From an uncultured candidate division Zixibacteria bacterium (GTDB taxonomy: Bacteria; Zixibacteria; MSB-5A5; GN15; PGXB01), in NCBI GenBank assembly GCA_963702205.1, contig OY969724.1:3488001-3552000 (forward strand): DNA of 64,000 nucleotides. Reading direction: 5' to 3'. The translations under genes were made by a program, and so were the position numbers. Shown here piece by piece: positions 51,802 through 60,180 of this stretch (position 1 is its first letter; every line of letters begins with the position of its first letter). The notes beneath the pieces were generated by a model. It saw only the letters and a program-made list of their open reading frames with translations. It was not told the origin of the DNA and did no database searches.

Positions 51802-53938
51802 TGCGATTAAAGGGCTGATCGGTGAAAAGAAATTCTCTGAAGCACTGATCGAAATTGAAAACATCGAGATATCGCAATCAAATAATGCCGAATATGCCTA
51901 CTATTGTTTGATATATGCCGATATCAAACTCTGGTTGGGTGATTATAATAGTATTATTCCATATCTTAATACTGCCTTAAATTATTATAAGACCAGTGCG
52001 GACAATCAATATTATGCGCAAGCGAAATATTTGCAGGGGAAGTACTTGGTCTTTATTGGTCAGCGGATAAATGCGCAGGAAAAGCTTTTGGAAGCTTACC
52101 TGAATTTCAAGAGATACGAAGATTTAGAATCGGCTCAGCGAGTTTTAAATTATTTGGCTTTTGTCCAGCATCAGGGCGGAGCAATTAACGATGCCATATT
52201 GAATATTCGAAAGTGTATTGAAATCAACCAGAATTTGGGGAAATTGGATAATGTTTTAACGCTTAAACGCAACTTGGCTTTGGTGCAATTGACTTGCGGA
52301 CAGATTCAATCTGCCTTGATGCAACAAAAAGAAATTGGACGGGAAATTGCAAATGCAAGAATCAATGACAGGGGTCAGTATTACCTTATTTTATCGTTAG
52401 TTTTAGGACACCTTGGCGATATTAATAGCGCCCGCGAAAAGATGGCAATGGCCTTACCTTGTTTAGATGATTACCAACGCGAACACGCCATCTATTATGA
52501 ATATCTCGGCTGGATATATAATCTCGATGGGCAATATGATAAGGCTGAAAAAGCCCTCAAATCTGGACTTGAGGTCGCCCTGAAGATTGCTCCGGAAGGC
52601 GATCTCGTCTCCCAAATAAAACGCCTCCTGGCCGACGCCTATTTAGGTCTGAAACAATACGACAATGCATATTCGACCGCCGAAGAAGCGCTCAAAGTCG
52701 CAGAGAAAATAAACGAACGAGCCGAAATTGCAGCCTGTTATCGTGTGTTTGCTCAAGTGGAACAACAGCGAAGAATAAGTAACAAAGCGCGTGAGTGGTA
52801 CAAGAAAGCGGTTGATTTATTTAAACTAATCCAATCCCGCTATGAGCTGGCCGCGACACAATATCTTATGGCTGAATCGAACTTATATGGTCCTCAGGAA
52901 CGAACCGCCCTGTTATACATGGCAAAAGAGTATTTCGAAGCCGAGGATATCAAACCATATATTAATAAGATTAAGACCCTTGAATCGGCTCAGCACAAAA
53001 ATCCAAAGACTGTACCGTTAAAAGCCAATACCGACGGACAACAAGCGGTGCCGCGATTTATCGCGGTCCACCCCGCCACGAAAAAAATTGTCGATATGGC
53101 CGATCACATCGCCGGTTGCAATATGACGGTGCTCTTAACCGGCCCGACCGGATCGGGCAAAGACCATCTCGCCGCCTATATCCACGAGCAATCCGGACGA
53201 ACCGGCGAATTCGTAACCATCAATTGCGCCGCGATTCCCGACAGTATGGTCGAAGCCGAGCTTTTCGGCTACGCCAAAGGAGCTTTCACCGGGGCGGATG
53301 GTGAAAAAACCGGCCTTCTCGAACACGCCGACGGTGGGACGGTGTACTTAAACGAAATCGGCGACGGCACCGAAGCGTTGCAGGCAAAGCTGCTGGAAGT
53401 CATAGAAACGCGGCGGATCAGACGCCTCGGCTCGACTGAATCGAGACAGGTAGACATAAGATTTATCGCCGCCACGTGTCACGACCTTAAAGAGCGAATC
53501 CAAAACGGCAAATTCCGGCTGGATTTGTACCATCGCCTGAACGAAATTCCGATATTTCTTCCCCCTCTCGACGAACGCAAAGATGACATCCCCGAGCTGG
53601 TGCGTCACTATCTCTCGTCCATGGATGCATCCATAAAGGCCGGGAACGGCGACCTCGAATACGCCCGCCTTTGCGAACTGCTGGTTGACCGAACCTGGGC
53701 AGGCAACATCCGGGAACTTCGGCTAAAATTAAACTGGCTGCACAAAATGTTCGGGTCGGACATATCCGGCATGGTTGACCACCTGGAAGCTCAGGAATTG
53801 AGCGATCGTGAACTGCTGCTTAAGACACTCGAGGAAACCGGCTGGAACCGCTCGGAGACGGCCCGTCGCCTCGGAGTCACCGAGGGAACCGTACGGTATC
53901 GCATCGCTAAATATAATCTTGTCGAACGGGTCACGTAA
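51773..53938 (+). CDS. TPR-containing sigma54-dependent enhancer-binding protein (Fis HTH)
   Basis: About 400 aa of TPR-like repeats; [61 protein letters not shown]. Confidence 0.93.
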   Translation: MKETIAENLNAIKGLIGEKKFSEALIEIENIEISQSNNAEYAYYCLIYADIKLWLGDYNSIIPYLNTALNYYKTSADNQYYAQAKYLQGKYLVFIGQRINAQEKLLEAYLNFKRYEDLESAQRVLNYLAFVQHQGGAINDAILNIRKCIEINQNLGKLDNVLTLKRNLALVQLTCGQIQSALMQQKEIGREIANARINDRGQYYLILSLVLGHLGDINSAREKMAMALPCLDDYQREHAIYYEYLGWIYNLDGQYDKAEKALKSGLEVALKIAPEGDLVSQIKRLLADAYLGLKQYDNAYSTAEEALKVAEKINERAEIAACYRVFAQVEQQRRISNKAREWYKKAVDLFKLIQSRYELAATQYLMAESNLYGPQERTALLYMAKEYFEAEDIKPYINKIKTLESAQHKNPKTVPLKANTDGQQAVPRFIAVHPATKKIVDMADHIAGCNMTVLLTGPTGSGKDHLAAYIHEQSGRTGEFVTINCAAIPDSMVEAELFGYAKGAFTGADGEKTGLLEHADGGTVYLNEIGDGTEALQAKLLEVIETRRIRRLGSTESRQVDIRFIAATCHDLKERIQNGKFRLDLYHRLNEIPIFLPPLDERKDDIPELVRHYLSSMDASIKAGNGDLEYARLCELLVDRTWAGNIRELRLKLNWLHKMFGSDISGMVDHLEAQELSDRELLLKTLEETGWNRSETARRLGVTEGTVRYRIAKYNLVERVT

Positions 53939-53982
53939 TCCTCAGGTTTTCTTTTTTATCATTCAAACCAGCATTCCAGAAT

Positions 53983-54026
53983 TCGTAATTTACGAGTTTT
54001 TGCGAATGTGACCTCGTAATTTACGA
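53983..54026. promoter_or_regulatory. Paired palindromic enhancer sites TCGTAATTTACGA (53983-95, 54014-26)
   Basis: Same 13-bp palindrome, 31-bp spacing and 114-bp distance to the promoter GG as at 48818-48861. Confidence 0.8.
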
Positions 54027-54126
54027 ATCGGGACAATATACTCCATTATTATTCAGGCTCTGTTTATATCTCCTAATTAATTATAGGGCAACCAATTATA
54101 ATCTTGTTCAATCGGTTGTCCAAAAT

Positions 54127-54142
54127 CGGCACAACATTTGAT
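54127..54142 (+). promoter_or_regulatory. Sigma54-type -24/-12 promoter
   Basis: CGGCAC-AACAT-TTGAT. Confidence 0.7.
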
Positions 54143-54170
54143 TTATACTTTTTAAGATATGGGGAAGGAC

Positions 54171-54271
54171 AGACATTCCAAGCCTGTACCTATTGGTTAA
54201 TCGAGGCCGGAGAATAATCGGGCTGGCCCGAAAATGACCGCCCGATCCGGCTCATAGATCGGAAAGGGGGT
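54171..54271 (+). repeat. Conserved structured leader, copy 2
   Basis: High identity to 49005-49103, including the GCCGG/CCGGC and ATCGGGC/GCCCGAT stems. Confidence 0.85.
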
Positions 54272-54361
54272 AGATATAGCGGTTTAAAAATTACAATGAA
54301 AATTACGCAAATTCGTCCGTAAAAAACCACTTGCATCTTAAAAAGGAAGGGGTAAGGGATT

Positions 54362-55273
54362 ATGCGCACCAGGGCGTTATTAATTTTGGCTGCCTTTTTA
54401 TTGGGGCTGTTTATGGTGGCATGCAATGATGCCAAAATTCCGACAAATCATTCAAATAACATCATCCCGTATAATACTAAAATCATTTCACTTTCGGATG
54501 AGATGAAGCTGGAAGATAATATCAAAGCGGGCTTTAATCCCAATCCACTCCTGGTTGATACGCTTTCTAATAATACAATAGTAATCGTTAATCAGGCCAG
54601 TACAATGGGAGACATCGTTACCGCATATTTCACCTATATTCCCGAAAACGAATCTCCACGTGAACGTATTATCAAATTGCATAAATCACTATATTCATTA
54701 GCGCTTTATGATAATAGTGGAATATTGCTGTGCGGCTATGATGCAACCCAGTCGGATTCCAATAATGTGAATTTATCGGTTTTCAGTGAAAACTTCAAAT
54801 TAGGCATTTCCACGCCAATAGAAGGCAACGGCAATTTGAAGTTTGAAGTTATCTGCGATGGTGTACATGCCTATACGGAGTTCGCCAATGAAGCTGTTTT
54901 CGACTCTGCCATTAGTATTTATGAAAATGTCTATGACAATGGGTACAATAGGGAGCTTTTATCGCCCGAACAACTTGAGTTATTGACTAAATTGGAAAAT
55001 TTCAATGTGTGCTCAGGCATATTCGATGAAATAGACGAATCAGAGGTAGACATTTCCAAGGTTCTGGCCGGGAGTAAACAGTTTAAAGAAGCCATCGGCA
55101 TATCAGATTCGGGCAACTCAGTTATATCAGAAATGCCAAAATGGCTGAAAAAAATATGCACAATTGTCAATTACGCCAAAAAAATCTGCAGCATAATTGG
55201 CAATACTGTGATATGTGAATATGTTGAGATATTAAGTATTATCTGTGATATGCTCGCGGAAATATTCGAGTAA
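54362..55273 (+). CDS. Lipoprotein with C-terminal twin-CX9C tail (paralog of 49187-50113)
   Basis: MVAC lipobox; PKWLKKIC-TIVNYAKKI-C..IC-EYVEILSII-C. Confidence 0.75.
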   Translation: MRTRALLILAAFLLGLFMVACNDAKIPTNHSNNIIPYNTKIISLSDEMKLEDNIKAGFNPNPLLVDTLSNNTIVIVNQASTMGDIVTAYFTYIPENESPRERIIKLHKSLYSLALYDNSGILLCGYDATQSDSNNVNLSVFSENFKLGISTPIEGNGNLKFEVICDGVHAYTEFANEAVFDSAISIYENVYDNGYNRELLSPEQLELLTKLENFNVCSGIFDEIDESEVDISKVLAGSKQFKEAIGISDSGNSVISEMPKWLKKICTIVNYAKKICSIIGNTVICEYVEILSIICDMLAEIFE

Positions 55274-55306
55274 TCATAACCCCCCCACGATTCCGCCAGG
55301 CGACGG

Positions 55307-56314
55307 CTATCTGGTCGTCGTCTCGTTTTTTAACATAAGTCCTTTCGGCAATACAAACAAGCTGTCGGCCAGGTTCCGCTTTTCGAGATTTATTACTTCG
55401 TTAGAAAATGATATAAAATTTATGAGCGAATCGTTCGATCCGGATCCGAACAGCTTTTGGAACATTGTGAGGAAATGTGTTTCAAACGAATTAGAAGTCG
55501 AATCCATAGAGTCGGGACTATCGCCAGCAGTTGATAATTCATCCGGCGCATTAAAGAGGCCAACTCCGGCTTTTGCATTTAGATCAAATTTCATGATGAT
55601 ACGGCCGAAGACCAATGATCTGCGCACGAGTTCTTTCAAGTGCAATTTTAATATATCACGAAAGCCTTCCACGTCATCGAGGTCTGATTCGGCAACGCCG
55701 GCAAAATCATTTAAGCCGAAACCATGCCTCTGATTTATCTGATAATTTCGGTAAATATTCATGGCGGGAAAGCTATCACATATCCAGATATTTGTTACCA
55801 TTAACATTGAATCAGTCAGGGAGGGTTTGCAACAGGAGTAGAGGCTCACTCGATAACACGGGTATCCGTTAATTGTATCCGGTACGTTCGATGCATCCAG
55901 TGTCGTAATCCAGGTATATTCACCATTTGATGTATCCTGCGGAAACTTGAATGACACAAATCCGGTATCAATCGGACCTTGGGAATCATCGGGCATTGGA
56001 CTCAAATCGGTTATATCATAAGTATTGGCTAACAAATCAATATTCCAGGCGGTCTGACTGCCATAATCCTCTATGGAAAGCGTACTTTCGGCATTGGACT
56101 CAGGATCAAATCGGGATAATCCGTATGGTTCCGATACGCATTCATTGCGGGTCTTATTGTCTGTAATAAAGTCCACCATTTGACTTGTTTCCCCACCCAT
56201 ACCCATAAAATTGCAATTCAGTTTGCTATTGATTACAAGTCCTTCTTCGGCCGTACCGGTCGAAAAGAAAATAACCAAAAGCAGCGCCGCCGGTAGCAAT
56301 GAATTCATTTTCAT
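55307..56314 (-). CDS. Secreted hypothetical protein (DUF4412/GLPGLI-like features)
   Basis: Signal peptide; DTINGYPC, IWIC, C-terminal DSLFVLPKG; RBS AGGAGG. Confidence 0.65.
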   Translation of the reverse strand: MKMNSLLPAALLLVIFFSTGTAEEGLVINSKLNCNFMGMGGETSQMVDFITDNKTRNECVSEPYGLSRFDPESNAESTLSIEDYGSQTAWNIDLLANTYDITDLSPMPDDSQGPIDTGFVSFKFPQDTSNGEYTWITTLDASNVPDTINGYPCYRVSLYSCCKPSLTDSMLMVTNIWICDSFPAMNIYRNYQINQRHGFGLNDFAGVAESDLDDVEGFRDILKLHLKELVRRSLVFGRIIMKFDLNAKAGVGLFNAPDELSTAGDSPDSMDSTSNSFETHFLTMFQKLFGSGSNDSLINFISFSNEVINLEKRNLADSLFVLPKGLMLKNETTTR

Positions 56315-56531
56315 GAACGCCCTCCTTTAGATGATAAAAATAATATACTGCAATCAACCCCAAATTTCAAATAATTTTCGGCAATAATCAGAGCAGGTGA
56401 ACTTGGCATCAATTACTTTCATTTACTTTCATTCCCTTATCTCGTCACATGTCAAGTCGACCATTTTAAATTCGTGCACAAAGCATTTATTCATAATGAC
56501 ATGCAATTCCATTTTTTGTCACGTGCATCTT

Positions 56532-56546
56532 CGGCACGGCATTTGA
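56532..56546 (+). promoter_or_regulatory. Third sigma54-type promoter
   Basis: TTTTTTGTCAC-N8-TCGGCAC-GGCAT-TTGA; flanks match the 48962 promoter. Confidence 0.6.
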
Positions 56547-56647
56547 CTAACACAATTGTGACATCATAATGGAGGATTTTCATGGCTTATGCCTTTTAAT
56601 TAATCGATATTGTAGATAAATCGGGCCGGCCCATAGATAAAATTAAT

Positions 56648-57460
56648 ATGCGAATGAACCGACTTAAAACGACTTACCAGCGGAATTTGTTGCTGGGACA
56701 GGGGGTGTCGCTTTTGATCGCGGCCATTGCGATATCGCTGATGCTCTCATTGCAGAAATCTTATGTCACCATTGATCTGCAGGATAAAAAATGTTCGGAG
56801 TCGTTTCCCGCGGCCCTGGACAAGGCACCACATAATGGGGGAAATGCTATTCATATTCGGTCGTTGTCCGGCGTCCGGATTGATGCGGTAGCCGGTAATG
56901 GATACAACATAGTGAATTATCCTAACTACTCCCCCGATTTTGGCAAAACTGACATTGATAGGGGCGATTTTATGATTTTCGGTGATTATTACGGCAATTC
57001 TGGCGGTGGCTTGAATCCAGTAATCAAATCCGGGGATACTTCGGATGCCTGGCCGATAGCGAACAAGCATACTTTTTTGCAGGATTATTCGATTGAGTCC
57101 TTCTTGTCCGATCGCGTCATTACTCCACCCGGCGAAAACCGCCCCTTAATAATCAATTTAGTCAAACCGCAATACCCCGGCCGCCTTCGTTATAATTGCG
57201 ATGCCATTGTGAAGCTTGGGTTTTCTGTCACCGAGAAAGGGTTTATAGGAAAAATCGATATTATCAACGAGGACCCGGTGGGTTTTGGATTTGCCCTCGC
57301 GGTGAAGGAAGCCTTAAGAAACAGTTGGATATGGCCAGCCGTAAAAGACGGTCATAAAATTGGGGCATATTATACCTTAACATACGAATTTTGCGAAAAG
57401 TGTCCGGACAAGCCGGTCGTTGTCGAATCCGAGGGCGATGTCGTTGTTACCATAAAATAA
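56648..57460 (+). CDS. TonB-family protein (N-terminal TM, TonB_C domain)
   Basis: LKTTYQR..TM; KPQYP..VKLGFSVTEKG..EDPVGFGFALAVKEAL..WPAVKDG. Confidence 0.75.
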   Translation: MRMNRLKTTYQRNLLLGQGVSLLIAAIAISLMLSLQKSYVTIDLQDKKCSESFPAALDKAPHNGGNAIHIRSLSGVRIDAVAGNGYNIVNYPNYSPDFGKTDIDRGDFMIFGDYYGNSGGGLNPVIKSGDTSDAWPIANKHTFLQDYSIESFLSDRVITPPGENRPLIINLVKPQYPGRLRYNCDAIVKLGFSVTEKGFIGKIDIINEDPVGFGFALAVKEALRNSWIWPAVKDGHKIGAYYTLTYEFCEKCPDKPVVVESEGDVVVTIK

Positions 57461-57546
57461 AGTGCGAAAGTATCATGCCGGCATTGAAGTCTAAATGCTA
57501 TTGCGATGGTAAGGTACATATAACAATATATTGTTGGAGGATTTCA

Positions 57547-57729
57547 ATGGTTGCCGTCGAGTATTATTTCGACGAAGTCGAAATTGTCACGCAACGGAAC
57601 TCCATTATAATCCCAGAGTCCTGCCGTAAACCCGAGAATATTTTAAACAATCTCTTGATTGATGCGTGTATTATATACCGGAACGATCCGAGGTATATCA
57701 TCCCCTTCCGAACATCGTTTTGGAGGTAA
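57547..57729 (+). CDS. Small hypothetical protein (60 aa)
   Basis: GGAGG RBS before ATG; stop abuts the next start. Confidence 0.4.
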   Translation: MVAVEYYFDEVEIVTQRNSIIIPESCRKPENILNNLLIDACIIYRNDPRYIIPFRTSFWR

Positions 57730-57730
57730 T

Positions 57731-58546
57731 TTGACTGTCAGCCCCTTAAAAACAAGTTACCAGAAATCGATTATCGCAGGATTGCTGGCCAGTTCGCTGG
57801 CCATGATTGCGGCGGCGATATTCCTGTCCAATGCCGGTTCCTTGGAACGACCCGTGAAAATACGAACGGACAAAAGTATTTATACGATCGTCTGGGCTAA
57901 AAGCAGGGATCGATCGCAAGACAACTGTGTAAGTGAAAGTTCTCCTCCGGCCGAGACCTCAAACGAATCCAATGCCAAAAGGACCATGCCCGAAACTCAG
58001 GATATTGATTCACATCATGCCGTAAACGAAAGCCCTGTCCCGGCGGGATTTTCACTGGCGCAGTATACGACCGGTGCGTACGGGATGAACATGAACATAA
58101 CCGTGCCCACGCAAAACGCTCCGGAATTTGTACCAATGCCTGGCAATGGATTAACCTACGGTGCTAATTCAGACGGTACACGGGACATGGAAATGCCGTT
58201 CGGAAATATGAGCCATCAACCTCTTTTCATAAAATTATTCAGCCTTAAAGCTCCGGATGAGTGCAAGGTGCGTCAGGATACAGTCATAGTATTGCTGAAT
58301 ATAGATGACAAGGCACAAATTAAGAGCATAGAGACCATTTATGACAGCAACCCGGGCAACGGATTTGATACAAATTTCAAGAATGCCATTCGCTATGCTC
58401 ATATCAGACCCGAAATAAAGGACGGCTTGCCAGTCGGAGGAAGTTATTATTTATGCTGGATATGGGGCGAACATGGCCGCGTGGGGGTCAAAAATGCCGA
58501 GAATATTCGCATTCAGTTGGTACCGATCAACCGTGCAGGTTTTTAA
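57731..58546 (+). CDS. TonB-family protein, paralog of 56648-57460
   Basis: TTG start after GGAGG; LKTSYQK..TM; SNPGNGFD..AIR..PEIKDGLPVG. Confidence 0.65.
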   Translation: MTVSPLKTSYQKSIIAGLLASSLAMIAAAIFLSNAGSLERPVKIRTDKSIYTIVWAKSRDRSQDNCVSESSPPAETSNESNAKRTMPETQDIDSHHAVNESPVPAGFSLAQYTTGAYGMNMNITVPTQNAPEFVPMPGNGLTYGANSDGTRDMEMPFGNMSHQPLFIKLFSLKAPDECKVRQDTVIVLLNIDDKAQIKSIETIYDSNPGNGFDTNFKNAIRYAHIRPEIKDGLPVGGSYYLCWIWGEHGRVGVKNAENIRIQLVPINRAGF

Positions 58547-58640
58547 TTGACAATGGTCACCCGGCCGTGCTATTTTTAATTAATAGAAGTCGTTAGTTCG
58601 ACTTGCCCGGGCAAGGCAAAAAATCGGAGGGAATATTATC

Positions 58641-58892
58641 ATGATGTTGCCGCATATTTTGAGTACAGCTCAATTGATTTTATGGTTGTTCAGTTTCGTG
58701 CTCTGGATTATGTCAACCTACCATCGTGATTATAAAGTGCAATTATCCGATTTGCCGCCGTCCGCGAAGTATATAGTGTACAAACGTCGCACGTTTTTTA
58801 GAACCGGCACCGGATTTTTGTACTATGCTATCGCCTGGACATTATTCGGGATCGGTGCGGTACTTGGCATTATTTCCGGATTTATTCGTTAA
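58641..58892 (+). CDS. Small two-TM protein (immunity-like)
   Basis: RBS GGAGGG; FF.TGTGF..Y before the second TM, similar to 50123 and 50800. Confidence 0.65.
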   Translation: MMLPHILSTAQLILWLFSFVLWIMSTYHRDYKVQLSDLPPSAKYIVYKRRTFFRTGTGFLYYAIAWTLFGIGAVLGIISGFIR

Positions 58893-58919
58893 ATACGCGG
58901 AATCTCATTGAATGTATTA

Positions 58920-58943
58920 AGGCCGGAGATAATTCTCCGGCCT
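58920..58943. terminator. Hairpin between convergent genes
   Basis: AGGCCGGAGA-TAAT-TCTCCGGCCT. Confidence 0.6.
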
Positions 58944-58948
58944 ATGGA

Positions 58949-59110
58949 TTACTTCTTTACTTTCTTCCCCCGACCGCTGTCGCGCAGCGCCTGGCGCAGA
59001 AGATATTCAATCTGTCCGTTGAGCGAGCGAAGATCGTCATCGGCCCACTTCTGCAATAGTTTCAGCAGTTCGGGGTCCATACGAAGCAGGAATGACTTCT
59101 TCTCTCCCAC
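58949..59110 (-). CDS. Arc-like ribbon-helix-helix protein
   Basis: KKSFLLRMDPEL..WADDDLRSLNGQIEYLL; commonly follows SPFH genes. Confidence 0.8.
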   Translation of the reverse strand: MGEKKSFLLRMDPELLKLLQKWADDDLRSLNGQIEYLLRQALRDSGRGKKVKK

Positions 59111-59112
59111 GG

Positions 59113-59970
59113 CTATTGATACAACGTCCCCGTGTTTATCACCGGCTGGGTCGAGGTCTCGCCGCACAGTACAACCAGCAGGTTCGAGACCATCGCGGCT
59201 TTGCGCTCATGATCCAGATCGATGATGTCTTTTTCCTTAAGTGCATCCAGCGCCATCTCGACCATACCGACCGCGCCTTCGACTATCAACTGACGGGCCG
59301 CGACAATCGCTCCGGCCTGCTGACGGCGCAGCATGGCCTCGGCGATTTCCGGCGAATAAGCCAGATGGCTGAGGCGTGCCTCGATAACATCCACCCCGGC
59401 CTGGTCCAGACGCTCCTGGATTTCACCCTTGAGCTGTTCCGATATCGCCAGCGTATCGCCGCGAAGTGACAGGCGGCCGTCGACGTGCGTATCGTAAGGA
59501 TGATGGGTCGCCAAATTACGTACAGCGGCTTCGCTCTGGATTTTGACGAATTGCTCGTAGTTGTCCACCTGGAAGCTGGCTTCGGCCGTATCGACCACTT
59601 TCCAAACCACGATCGTCGCGATCTCGATCGGATTGCCGTCGATGTCGTTGACTTTCATACGGCCAGTCTCGAAGTTGCGAATACGAAGCGATAGTCTTTT
59701 CTTGGTGTAAAATGGGTTGGCCCAACGCAGTCCCTCTTCCCGGCACGTCCCGACATATTTGCCGAACAACTGCATAACCCGCGCTTCATTGGGGTTGATG
59801 AAAAACAATCCGGCAAACAAAAACAAGTTAACCAGCAACCAGACTCCGGCCACGATTTTGATAACCGGAACCAGAAAGATTACCGCGAAAACTCCGACGA
59901 TCAGGGTAAACAGGAGAAGGAACAACATTCCCCAGCCCGAACCGACTTTTCTTACTCTTTCTTTAATCAT
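59113..59970 (-). CDS. SPFH/band 7 domain protein
   Basis: [48 protein letters not shown]. Confidence 0.92.
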   Translation of the reverse strand: MIKERVRKVGSGWGMLFLLLFTLIVGVFAVIFLVPVIKIVAGVWLLVNLFLFAGLFFINPNEARVMQLFGKYVGTCREEGLRWANPFYTKKRLSLRIRNFETGRMKVNDIDGNPIEIATIVVWKVVDTAEASFQVDNYEQFVKIQSEAAVRNLATHHPYDTHVDGRLSLRGDTLAISEQLKGEIQERLDQAGVDVIEARLSHLAYSPEIAEAMLRRQQAGAIVAARQLIVEGAVGMVEMALDALKEKDIIDLDHERKAAMVSNLLVVLCGETSTQPVINTGTLYQ

Positions 59971-60180
59971 CTTTGCTCTCCTTGTGATATCATTTTGATA
60001 TATTTACTTCGGAAAAATGATAATATTCAAAAAATCGTAAAATTCCACGCGGCGGACACAAGCCATTGAACTGCAATGCATTACGGCGTCACGTCGGATT
60101 TTTGACACGAAAAATGTGCGGAAAATAAATCGGCCCGCCCGGATGGGCGAGCCGGATTAGCCTATTAATGTTTTTTTACA

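Noticed and set aside
58949..59110. Toxin-antitoxin module
   Set aside because: The RHH gene has no neighbouring toxin and is the usual companion of this SPFH family.
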